Shown one piece after another: positions 27,395 through 35,988 of a stretch of 64,000 bases of DNA (position 1 is the stretch's first letter; every line of letters starts with the position of its first letter). The stretch lies in the NCBI GenBank assembly GCA_964437445.1, contig CAYTGR010000013.1:17786-81785 (forward strand), in the 5' to 3' direction. Origin of the DNA: an uncultured Anaerolineales bacterium. Lineage in GTDB: Bacteria; Chloroflexota; Anaerolineae; B4-G1; SLSP01. Position numbers and translations under genes: made by a program. The notes under the pieces are model-generated. The model was not told where the DNA came from. It saw only the letters and a list, made by a program, of their open reading frames with translations, and made no database searches.

Positions 27395-28447
27395 TTACAG
27401 GTCCTCCGGCAGATGGATGGCAAACCGGCACACGTCATCGCCCCGGAGCACCGAGGCGACGATTTCAATCGTTACCGGTCGGCCAATCGCCCCTTCAAAT
27501 TGCCGGCGATACCAGCCCGAGCCGCAGTAGCAGAAGGCCACCGGCATCCCTTGATCCAGCTGATGGCGGATCAGCGGGCAGAAGCAATAGGCGCTGCGCC
27601 GCTCTAGCTCGGTTTTAGCCGCGGTGTAAGCCTGCGGGTCGCGGGGCCCTTTGGTGGCGTAGATCGTATGGCCTGCGCGCGTGGGGTGCTCGCCCCAGCC
27701 CGGGTCGTGTTCCATCAAGTCAAGGACGGCGTCCACGGCCTGGAGACCGTCGTGGGTTTGGGCATATGCTGCATCAAAGGCGGCCTTGAGTTTGGCGACC
27801 TGGCCCGGCGGGAAGACGTGGGCGCAACCGGAGAGGATGTTATACTTTTGCTGTTCGTCCGCCAGGCCCTCCAGCCGTTCCAGCATTCCTTTTACCCACA
27901 GAAAGCGCTCCTCTGGGCGAGAGGTGATGCTCAACGTTTCGCTCCCTTGCATCACCACGGCGCGTGCCTCTTGACCCAGGACTTGTTCCAGACCGTGGGC
28001 CAGCTTGCCGTTCCAGTCATGGATGATGTACTGTGCTTCGGTCCCCGGCCCGCCTGGATGGGCGGCGTCGGTGTACACTTCGCGCCCAAACTCGTCAGAG
28101 ATGAGGGCGTGCTCGGCGGCGTAGGCGTAGAGCTGGCTGTAAGTTTCCCGGAGCTTTTCGGGCGCATCCTGATGGACGAGGGCGAGCACTTCCAGGGCCG
28201 GCAAAACCCTGGTGCGGAGGGTCGGCGTCGTGACTTCGCGCTGGACAGGGAAGCCAATTTCGGCGTCGTACCCATCGGTGACGCTGGTGACAAACTGGAA
28301 GAGGGCGAAGGGCGCCCCGGCGATAACGTCCTCTGGCAACTCCTGAACCATTTGAGCCAGGAGCGGCCCGATATCGCTGCGCCGTTGTACCACAAACCTG
28401 GCTGTGGCCACCAGACTGGCTGCTAAATGCTTGTGCTGAATCTCCAT
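27395..28447 (-). CDS. GyrI-like (AraC-effector/SOUL-type) ligand-binding domain fused to an unknown Cys-rich C-terminal domain
   Basis: N-terminal ~150 aa resembles GyrI-like small-molecule-binding fold. C-terminus has CFCP..CYCGSGWYRRQFE..C cysteine cluster. No match recalled for the C-terminal domain. Confidence 0.4.
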   Translation of the reverse strand: MEIQHKHLAASLVATARFVVQRRSDIGPLLAQMVQELPEDVIAGAPFALFQFVTSVTDGYDAEIGFPVQREVTTPTLRTRVLPALEVLALVHQDAPEKLRETYSQLYAYAAEHALISDEFGREVYTDAAHPGGPGTEAQYIIHDWNGKLAHGLEQVLGQEARAVVMQGSETLSITSRPEERFLWVKGMLERLEGLADEQQKYNILSGCAHVFPPGQVAKLKAAFDAAYAQTHDGLQAVDAVLDLMEHDPGWGEHPTRAGHTIYATKGPRDPQAYTAAKTELERRSAYCFCPLIRHQLDQGMPVAFCYCGSGWYRRQFEGAIGRPVTIEIVASVLRGDDVCRFAIHLPEDL

Positions 28448-28839
28448 TTCACTCCTTTTTTAAGTTCTGGGATCACTTTCCCTGCCCGGCTAACACCTGC
28501 TGAAGATTCCTCGTGGCCCAGGATAACCGCGCCGCTTTTTTTCTCCGGCAGTAAGTCAGAGAATTTGTCCCACTGAAGCCCATGCCGCCGTGGCTGGCCG
28601 TTTCCACCCTGTCAAAGAGCAGGAGCCTTTTTCAGTATACTGAGGCTTGGAGCGCTTGTCATCGTCTAAAATGAGGATTTAGCCGGCTATTTAACGCCAC
28701 CAGGAGGACCTGTCACTCCACATTTCGCTGATGAGGGCCGGTTTTATGCTCAACGCCCAGCTGAGACCTGCGGAAAGGCGGCCGTTGGTGTAGCAAATTC
28801 CATGACTCTGCAGAGAAAAGCTCTTTTACCGCTGAATGT

Positions 28840-28904
28840 GCTGAGTACGCAGAGAATTGTCTGAAAACTCAGTGTTCTCTGCGTACTCAGCGGGAGATTT
28901 TTTC
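28840..28904 (+). terminator. Intrinsic-terminator-like hairpin (17-bp perfect stem, 18-nt loop) with T6 tract on the plus strand
   Basis: GCTGAGTACGCAGAGAA..TTCTCTGCGTACTCAGC then GGGAGATTTTTTC. Both flanking genes are on the minus strand. Confidence 0.55.
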
Positions 28905-28915
28905 GGGGCGGTCTT

Positions 28916-29497
28916 CTATGTATCATGATTTAGCAGAGCGTACAAATACACATCCTGATAGCGTCCCTTCCAAAAGCCGAACTCGCGCCGTACTCCTTCC
29001 CGGTCAAAACCGAGTTTCTCCAGGACGCGGATGGAGCCGCCATTGTCGGGGATGACCAGCGCCTCAATGCGGTGGACAGGCATCAGGTCCTGTGGGCCGA
29101 AGCTGAAACGGATTATCGCCTGCAAGGCTTCGGTCATGAAGCCTTTGTGCCAGTGATCGGGATGGAGTTCGTAGCCGGCCTCCACAGTCTGCGTCCCGCG
29201 TCGCACGCTGAAATAGCCGCATGAACCAATCACAAGGGCCGGGTTTTCTCGCAGGGCAATCGCCCAGCGGAAGCCCATCTTGTCCTTGAACAGATTCATC
29301 CGGCTCTTGACACGTGCCTCGGCCTCGTTGATGGATTGCAGCGGCTCGGTTTCCAGCCACTCGTTGACATCCGCGCGGCGCAATATATCAAATACTGCCT
29401 GGGCGTCGTCCAGACTAAACTCACGCAGAATTAGTCTTTGAGTGGTCAATACGGGAAAAGTGCAGGGAGCTGGCGAGTTTTCGCTATCATGGTTCAT
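28916..29497 (-). CDS. GNAT N-acetyltransferase (RimJ/RimL-like, Acetyltransf_3)
   Basis: 193 aa. LILREFSLDDAQAVFDIL N-terminal signature and a GNAT core. Confidence 0.7.
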   Translation of the reverse strand: MNHDSENSPAPCTFPVLTTQRLILREFSLDDAQAVFDILRRADVNEWLETEPLQSINEAEARVKSRMNLFKDKMGFRWAIALRENPALVIGSCGYFSVRRGTQTVEAGYELHPDHWHKGFMTEALQAIIRFSFGPQDLMPVHRIEALVIPDNGGSIRVLEKLGFDREGVRREFGFWKGRYQDVYLYALLNHDT

Positions 29498-29779
29498 CGG
29501 ATTACCTCAGATAGGAGTTATCTGCAGGATTGTGAATTCATTATATCCGACTTTGCCGGGGGCGGCAATTGGCCGGGCGCCATCCGGGTGCGTTTCAGTT
29601 CTCGGGCCATTTTTGCCAGTCAAGGGGATTTTTTAAAAAGGGGAGATTTTGTGCGCGGGTTGAGCGGTCGGGCAGCGACGTTGAAGAGAGCCTGCGCGTG
29701 GCAGGCTCTCCTGGCCTTGCCGCTTCAGCCCCTGGATGGGGAAAGACGGCAATGGAAGTTCTGCTGGGATTGTTTTCCC

Positions 29780-31699
29780 TCAGGGTCGCTGCCCGCCGGG
29801 AAGACCTGGGTTGCCGCCTGGCCGGCCAGGGCCGCCCTCCACAGCCGAGCCGGCACTGGTGACCATGCTGGAAATCGTAAAACTGGTAATCTGAGTGCCG
29901 GCGGTATAGGTTCCACCAGAATATAGACCGTCGGTCACTGTACCGGTTGAACTTCCACCAGTGTAGACCAGATAGGTTGTCCCATTCTTGAGTTCAGGTG
30001 AGCACAACACGACTGACTGGTACACTTTGGTCGGTACAAAGGTCAGAATGCCCTCGCCATCTTGAGTTTCAATGTGGACCGGCGTCCCGGCAGCCTGCTG
30101 GCTGGCGAAATTATACAGCACTGAATACTGCGTGGAGGAAGCACTGGGGGCTTGGGCCATGCCGGCGCTGCCCGCAGCCACCAGAAGACCGCCGGTGACC
30201 TTAAACTCGCCGGTATAATCCAGGGGACCGTTCCCGTTGTCGGTGGGCCCGTTGACGATCACCGTCCCGCCGGTCATGGCAATGGGACCGTTGGCGTCAA
30301 TCCCGTCGCCGCCAGCATCAATGACGATGTAGCCTCCGTTGAGGTAAAGTGGATAGTTGCCGGCCGCCATGAAGTCGTTTTGCCCCGGGCGCTCGTTGAC
30401 TGAAGAGCCATCCACGCCGCCGGCGGTGTTGATCCCATCGTCGCTGGCCAGCAGGTGGATCTCCCCGCCATTGATCGTAATCATGGCGCTTTCAATCCCC
30501 TCATAGGATTGGGTAATGTTCAGCTGGCCGCCGCTGATAGTCAGGGTAGCATCGGAATGGAGGCCGTCATCGCCGGAGGTTAGCAGCAGTTCCCCGCCGC
30601 TTAGCGTTAAACTGCCGTTGGAATGGATCGCGTCATCTGCGGAATCAATGGTGATCATACCACCGGTAATGGCAATATCCACGCCGGCCTTCAGCCCTTT
30701 GGCACTGGCCGTAGTATCCGCGTCGCTGGCGCTGCTTTCCATGCCTTGATTGCCCCAGCCAGCTTGATGACTGACGCCGTTGCTGCTGCCGCCACCCGAG
30801 ACGAGGGCAAGAGTGCCGCTGCTGACCACCAGCCTGGTCGCGGCCTGCACCGCGTCCAGCCCGGCCGTGATGTTCAAAGTGCCGCCCTCAATGACAATGT
30901 ACCCCTTTTCAGCATCGTCCGTATTGTTGGCTTGCAGCCCGTCGCCCCCCGCGTTGACCGTGATTGTTCCGGCTTTGACCGCAATGGAGTCCCGGCCCTT
31001 GATACCATCGTTGGTGGCGTTGATGATGAGCGTGCCGCCGGTAATTTTCAGATCGTCTTTGCTGACAATGCCGTGGTTATAGGTGGCGTTGACGGTGAGT
31101 GCACCGTTGCCGTTAAAAGTGAGGTCATCATGGCTGAAAATCGCCGCATTGGGCTCATCTGATTCCGCGCTCTCCAAGCGATAAGCGCTCCCGTCGGCGA
31201 CATAGTTTTCAGTCCCGGCGGCCAGGGTGATGACCGTCTTCTCCGCATTGGCTACGTAAATAGGCGCGCTGGTGGAGCAGGTGATGTTCGCTCCATTCAG
31301 CACAAGCCTGACGGTTTCTTTGTCCTCTGTATTGACGACAATCTGCCCGTCATTCAAGACGCCGCTGAGGCTGTACCGGCCGGCCTTCGTGATGGTGACG
31401 ACCGTGCCGTTCACCGTGACGCCGTCCCCCTCAACGGTGACGGTATTGCCCTCCAACTTGATGTAGGACATACCGGAACTGTTGGTACTGGTATCCAGGT
31501 CCTCGCTTTCGTATTCTACGGTAATGGGGGCGTACACTACCGCCGCGTCCTGTTCCGTCTCGCCCGCGGGATTGGCTACGGTTCCGGCCTGGCCGGTCGC
31601 CGCCGCCAAAGTCCCCGCGCTGCCAACGGCAGCACCGGAACAAGCGGTGAAGGTCAAGATAAGAACGAAGAGCAATCCTAATGCTATGATTTTTTTCAT
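29780..31699 (-). CDS. Secreted lipoprotein with right-handed beta-helix repeats, Cthe_2159-like carbohydrate-binding family
   Basis: Lipobox signal MKKIIALGLLFVLILTFTACSG. Many ~22-aa repeats (G.DGI..NG.L.I.GG.L). C-terminal Gly/Pro-rich tail. Confidence 0.5.
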   Translation of the reverse strand: MKKIIALGLLFVLILTFTACSGAAVGSAGTLAAATGQAGTVANPAGETEQDAAVVYAPITVEYESEDLDTSTNSSGMSYIKLEGNTVTVEGDGVTVNGTVVTITKAGRYSLSGVLNDGQIVVNTEDKETVRLVLNGANITCSTSAPIYVANAEKTVITLAAGTENYVADGSAYRLESAESDEPNAAIFSHDDLTFNGNGALTVNATYNHGIVSKDDLKITGGTLIINATNDGIKGRDSIAVKAGTITVNAGGDGLQANNTDDAEKGYIVIEGGTLNITAGLDAVQAATRLVVSSGTLALVSGGGSSNGVSHQAGWGNQGMESSASDADTTASAKGLKAGVDIAITGGMITIDSADDAIHSNGSLTLSGGELLLTSGDDGLHSDATLTISGGQLNITQSYEGIESAMITINGGEIHLLASDDGINTAGGVDGSSVNERPGQNDFMAAGNYPLYLNGGYIVIDAGGDGIDANGPIAMTGGTVIVNGPTDNGNGPLDYTGEFKVTGGLLVAAGSAGMAQAPSASSTQYSVLYNFASQQAAGTPVHIETQDGEGILTFVPTKVYQSVVLCSPELKNGTTYLVYTGGSSTGTVTDGLYSGGTYTAGTQITSFTISSMVTSAGSAVEGGPGRPGGNPGLPGGQRP

Positions 31700-31743
31700 G
31701 TCACTTTATCCCCTTGATGGTTTGTGTAGTCACAGGCCCGGCG

Positions 31744-32400
31744 TTAATTTTCATCCAACCGCTGCGTGGAAAAAAGTCCGGTATAGTCCAGGGACGGTTC
31801 GGTGGAACGGACTACCACGACTTCGTCCTGCGGTTCAGTATAGGTGATTTTGATCTCCGCGACGTCGTGCAGAAAATCAATCTTCCCGATTTCGCAGCGG
31901 AGGATATCCAGCCCTGTCCGCTCGCGCAGGTCGGCGAGCAAGGACTGGTAGTGTTCCGGTTTGATCCACTCAATACGCTCATACGTAATGGATTTCTGGC
32001 TGACGTTGCGCAGACCCCATTCCTTCTCAATCAAAAGCAACATCGCTGCAATTGCCAGATCGGCAATGACCAGGCTGGCGTAAACTTCCTGCGCGATCAA
32101 CACCGCGTTGATGACCGGGAGCGCCAGCATCACGAACAGGTACGACATCTCGCGGATCGGGATGGGATCGGTGCGAAAGCGCAGGATTGTGAAGATGGCA
32201 AAGAGGCTGAGGCCCAACCCTATACTGAAATCTACGTCGCTGAGCAAACTGGTGATCAAGAAAGCCAGCGTGTTGAACGTCAGAAACATCAGGACATAGT
32301 TCTTATCGCGCCTGGCGGGAGCATAGATGTAGCGCACGATCAAAAGTGCTACCCCGCCGTTGAACAGAAAACTTAAGCCAAAGACCAGAAAATCGTCCAT
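31744..32400 (-). CDS. DUF4956-like small membrane protein, translationally coupled (TAATG) to the VTC gene
   Basis: Three or four TM helices then a soluble C-terminal domain. Start MDDFLVFGLS overlaps the VTC stop by 1 nt. Confidence 0.45.
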   Translation of the reverse strand: MDDFLVFGLSFLFNGGVALLIVRYIYAPARRDKNYVLMFLTFNTLAFLITSLLSDVDFSIGLGLSLFAIFTILRFRTDPIPIREMSYLFVMLALPVINAVLIAQEVYASLVIADLAIAAMLLLIEKEWGLRNVSQKSITYERIEWIKPEHYQSLLADLRERTGLDILRCEIGKIDFLHDVAEIKITYTEPQDEVVVVRSTEPSLDYTGLFSTQRLDEN

Positions 32401-33227
32401 TACTTGCTCTCCTGGATGATGCGATTGAGCCACACCTGTTGTGGCTTGAAATGGTTATGCTTGACCTGCGGCACGAGCAGGGAGACCCCCAGACAGTACT
32501 TGCTAAAACTCAGCGGCCGTATCCCCCATTGTCGCAGTTGCCCGATGAATTCGGACCGTAAAGCGTGAACTGATTGCTTGATCTCGGCGATGACGACGCC
32601 GGGGAGCGCCATTTCCGTTTGCCCGACGCGAAAGGAGAGGCCGATATCCAATGTCAGGCGTTCTGCCCGGTGCTTGCTCACCAACGTGATCCGCTGGAAG
32701 TGGCTCCAAAGTGCGGGGACTAAGCCGGCGGCGGGATAGGGGAAGACGGCAGCCAGGAAGTCGCTGCCGCGCCGGCTGATCTGGGGTGTGATCCCCGGAA
32801 TGGGCAGGCGTTCCTTGACGGTGACGTCCTGATTGGTTTTACGCTTCACCTCCAGGAACGCTAAGCCGGAGTCCGCATACGCTCGGGCGCGCACCTTGTA
32901 CCGTTCGCGCCGCCCGTTGTGATGCTGGTGATAGAGGGCATAATCTGGAGTATCAAAGTACAGGGTTTGGTAACGGTGTATCCGGCGCCCGTCAATATCC
33001 AGCACCTCGTAACCGTCGCCGAGCTGGGCGAGGGCACGGGCCAGTTGGCCCTCGCTCAGCACCATTTTCGTGTCAATGCGTCGCAGCAGCGCGACATCCT
33101 GCATCTCCGCCAGGCTGACGGGCGCAAAACCCGATAATGTGTGCGCCAACGACTGGCGCGCTAACGTGGTGGCCGGCGTTCTCGCTGCCGGCAGATAGGG
33201 TTCTTCATGTCGTATCTGGGTCAACAT
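32400..33227 (-). CDS. VTC-domain (CYTH-like, polyphosphate-polymerase-domain) protein
   Basis: 275 aa with charged beta-tunnel motifs (YQTLYFDTPDYALY, RYKVRARAY, LEVKRK) typical of the VTC/CYTH fold. Confidence 0.55.
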   Translation of the reverse strand: MLTQIRHEEPYLPAARTPATTLARQSLAHTLSGFAPVSLAEMQDVALLRRIDTKMVLSEGQLARALAQLGDGYEVLDIDGRRIHRYQTLYFDTPDYALYHQHHNGRRERYKVRARAYADSGLAFLEVKRKTNQDVTVKERLPIPGITPQISRRGSDFLAAVFPYPAAGLVPALWSHFQRITLVSKHRAERLTLDIGLSFRVGQTEMALPGVVIAEIKQSVHALRSEFIGQLRQWGIRPLSFSKYCLGVSLLVPQVKHNHFKPQQVWLNRIIQESK

Positions 33228-33509
33228 AGCTCTACTTTCCTTAATTTCCTTATTTCCTTTTTTCCTTAGCCTTCAGAATTTCCCGTACCTCCAAACTTTA
33301 TGTGCAGTTTACAACATTGATCTGAGAGCAAACCAAGAAAGAGCTGAGAGATAACTTAGAGTCCAGCTAAAAATTTTCCTGACGTGTGCTCTGTGGGCTT
33401 GCCCTACCGTCAGAGGAAAGCCAAAGCGGATCCAACCGGCGCTAAGGTAAATGCCTGATCCAGGACTGGCAGAAGTGACCTGAAAGTTGAAACGCATCTT
33501 GATTTTTGC

Positions 33510-33538
33510 TTGACAAGCCGTACAGCAACCCTATACTG
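33510..33538 (+). promoter_or_regulatory. Sigma70 promoter TTGACA-N17-TATACT for the 33571 gene
   Basis: Consensus -35, 17-nt spacer, -10 TATACT, about 30 nt upstream of the start. Confidence 0.55.
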
Positions 33539-33570
33539 GACCTCAGTAACTCATTTGAGGGAGATCACAC

Positions 33571-35802
33571 ATGGCGCTCCACAAACCCTGTTTACTCCTC
33601 GTGGCCTTGCTGTGCCTGTTGCCGGGCCTCAAGGCCGTGCCTTCGCCCCAGCCGGCGCTGGCGGTGCAGGAGATTTATACCGACGCGCTGGCAGCGGGGT
33701 GGAGCAATTGGTCCTGGGCCACAGTGAATTTGCAGGCCACCGCGCCGGTCCACTCGGGCAGCCGCAGCATTGCCGTGACCTGTAGCGCCTGGCAGGGACT
33801 TTATTTGCATTACCCTGAACTTGCCACGGCCGGCTTTACACATTTACGCTTTTTCATCCATGGCGGCAGCGCCGGTGGCCAGCAGCTCCACGTGTACGCG
33901 ACCTATCCGGTCAACGGCTCCGACCAGAATGGGCCGGCGGTCGCTGTGTCGCCGCCGGCGGCCAATACCTGGAGCGAAGTGCGCATTGCCCTCGCCGACC
34001 TGGGGGTGGCGAACGTCGCGCTGACCGGCCTGATCTGGCAGAATACGACCGGCGGCGCGCAGCCTACGTTTTACGTGGACGATATCGCCCTGGTGGCGGA
34101 CGAAAGCCCCGACGGTCCCACCCTGAGCGCCGGCTACCTGCGGCCGCGCGCGGTGCCCGCCGATGGGGGGACGCAAACCGTGGTCCGCGTCCGGGTCGGT
34201 GATCCCCAGGGCCTGTCTGACATCGCCAGCGTGACGTTGGACGGCAGCGCGCTGGGCCGGGGCGCGATCCCCTTGCGCGACGACGGCTGGAGCAACGACG
34301 GCGCGACGGGCGATGGTGTGTACGGGGCCGTGTTCACGGTCGCGCCGGGCACGGCCAGCGGCGAGCCCCAGCTGCTTGTCACCGCGCAAGACCAGGCCGG
34401 ACATCGCGCCAGTTTGCAATTGGGCGCGCTGGCCGTGCTGGCCTCGGCGGGCGGCCGGATTCCCTCGGCGTTGCCGCAGCGCCTGGGCTGGGGCTCCAAC
34501 GCCTGGAGTGAGACGCCCGGCCAGGACTGGCAGGTCAATAGCGGCGTCCCCTGGAACTACGTTTACCAGTACATCACCTACGACTGGTACGTGAACGGTT
34601 GGGGCGGCAACTTTGTCGGGCGCTTTGTGAACCAGGCCTGGAACAAGGGCTACGTCCCGCTGATATCGGTTTACATGATCCTGGAAGTGCCGCCCAACTG
34701 TGGCGAGAGCGCCACCTGTTACGCCGCCAAGTTGCAGAACTCCCAGACGGTGAGCACTTATCTGGCCGCACTGCAGGAAGCGGCCCGGCAGGCCCAGGGC
34801 CCGCATCCCGTCATCTTTCACCTGGAGCCTGATTTTTACGGCTACATGCAGCAATTGAGCAACAGCGCCGAGCGCCCGGCCGGCGTCCAGCCCGACGATC
34901 CCAGCTCCTACCCCGTGGCGTTGAACGTGGCCGGCTATCCCAACACCCTGGCCGGATTCGGGCGGCGCATGGTGGATCTGATCCACGCTACCGCGCCCAA
35001 TGCGCTGGTCGCGCCGGCCGCGAGCATGTGGGCGACCAACGGCGACCCGAACTCGGTTCCCGTCGCGCAAGTGACCAGCATGGGGCAACGCACGGCGGCC
35101 TTCCTGGAAGCGATGGGCGGGGCGCAGGCGGACCTGCTGGTGGTAGAGTGGAGCGACCGCGACGCGGGTAGCGGCCTGCGTCCCTGGTGGGACGATACGA
35201 ACCTCACCCTGCCGCGCCCCACACGGGCGATCTTGTGGGAGAATGCGCTCTCGGTCGCGGCGCACAAGCGGCTGATCTTGTGGCAAATGCCCGTCGGCAA
35301 CATGGCGTTGGATAACACCTGCGACCATTATCGCGATAACCGTGCGGCTTACGTGTTCCAGCACCCCCGTGATTTGGTGGATGCCGGGGTCTTGGCCGTG
35401 CTGTTCGGCGGCGGGGCCGAGTGCCAGACGCAGGTGACGACCGACGGCGGATTTGTCGCCGCGCAAGGCGCGATCGCGTATGCCCGCCCGCTGACGCCAA
35501 CAGGGCTTGCAGCGGGCCCGGTGGTCGGACCGCTGGTGCCTGTGCGCTGGGATGAGAACACCGAGCCGGACCTGTGGGGCTATCGGGTCAGCCAGCAACG
35601 GGCGCAGGGGGGAGCAGCTCTTGCCGTTGATGCCGGCCGGAAGAACGCGCGGATGCTTTTGCTTCCGCAGGCCGGCGACTGGCGCGTCAGCGTGGCGGCT
35701 TACGACGCCATGGGGCAGCTGGGGCCGGCCTCGGCCGTCATTACCGTCACAACCACTATCAACGCCCAACAGGTTTTCCTGCCCCTCGTTCAACGCCATT
35801 AG
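33571..35802 (+). CDS. Secreted multidomain protein: N-terminal CBM-like, Ig-like, central putative glycoside-hydrolase-like barrel, C-terminal Fn3-like; ends in the LPLV tail
   Basis: Signal peptide MALHKPCLLLVALLCLLPGLKA. Central region rich in W/Y (GWGSNAWSE..WNYVYQYITYDWYVNGWGGNF). C-terminus ...QQVFLPLVQRH. Enzyme family not identified. Confidence 0.4.
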   Translation: MALHKPCLLLVALLCLLPGLKAVPSPQPALAVQEIYTDALAAGWSNWSWATVNLQATAPVHSGSRSIAVTCSAWQGLYLHYPELATAGFTHLRFFIHGGSAGGQQLHVYATYPVNGSDQNGPAVAVSPPAANTWSEVRIALADLGVANVALTGLIWQNTTGGAQPTFYVDDIALVADESPDGPTLSAGYLRPRAVPADGGTQTVVRVRVGDPQGLSDIASVTLDGSALGRGAIPLRDDGWSNDGATGDGVYGAVFTVAPGTASGEPQLLVTAQDQAGHRASLQLGALAVLASAGGRIPSALPQRLGWGSNAWSETPGQDWQVNSGVPWNYVYQYITYDWYVNGWGGNFVGRFVNQAWNKGYVPLISVYMILEVPPNCGESATCYAAKLQNSQTVSTYLAALQEAARQAQGPHPVIFHLEPDFYGYMQQLSNSAERPAGVQPDDPSSYPVALNVAGYPNTLAGFGRRMVDLIHATAPNALVAPAASMWATNGDPNSVPVAQVTSMGQRTAAFLEAMGGAQADLLVVEWSDRDAGSGLRPWWDDTNLTLPRPTRAILWENALSVAAHKRLILWQMPVGNMALDNTCDHYRDNRAAYVFQHPRDLVDAGVLAVLFGGGAECQTQVTTDGGFVAAQGAIAYARPLTPTGLAAGPVVGPLVPVRWDENTEPDLWGYRVSQQRAQGGAALAVDAGRKNARMLLLPQAGDWRVSVAAYDAMGQLGPASAVITVTTTINAQQVFLPLVQRH

Positions 35803-35863
35803 CGGGATTGGGTTTTCCCCTCTCTATCATTACAGACAAACAGTCAAGGTCACGTACAAAATT

Positions 35864-35893
35864 CACAGAGCGGCGCTTGAGCGCCGCTCTGTG
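35864..35893 (+). terminator. Perfect 13-bp stem hairpin CACAGAGCGGCGC-TTGA-GCGCCGCTCTGTG after the 33571 gene (weak U tract)
   Basis: Perfect palindrome read directly, followed by TGTTGAAG. Confidence 0.5.
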
Positions 35894-35916
35894 TGTTGAA
35901 GCGCGGTATAAAGTAC

Positions 35917-35975
35917 TTGACAAAATTAAGTTGTATGTTAATATTATCAATATACGACTTGATATTATCAACATA
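35917..35975 (+). promoter_or_regulatory. Promoter TTGACA-N16-TAATAT with two direct repeats ATATTATCAA(T/C)ATA spaced 21 bp apart (candidate operator)
   Basis: AT-rich island immediately upstream of the DUF2089 HTH gene. The repeats overlap the -10 and +1 region. Confidence 0.5.
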
Positions 35976-35988
35976 AACCAGGGAGGTT

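Noticed and set aside
28731-28793. 20-codon ORF (MRAGFMLNAQLRPAERRPLV) in the gap upstream of the orphan terminator.
   Set aside because: No RBS at the proper distance and too short to support. It is kept only as context for the possible small transcript.
33844-35799. 651-aa minus-strand ORF exactly antisense to the 33571..35802 gene. Similar long antisense ORFs at 38916..40259, 19840..20841, 24782..25720, 10015..11055, 13313..14122, 47096..47929, 50935..51777 and 61463..62677.
   Set aside because: Shadow ORFs are typical of 65% GC DNA. Their composition is Arg/Pro/Gly-rich and non-protein-like. The opposite-strand ORFs carry clear family motifs (ABC, GH13, MFS and others).
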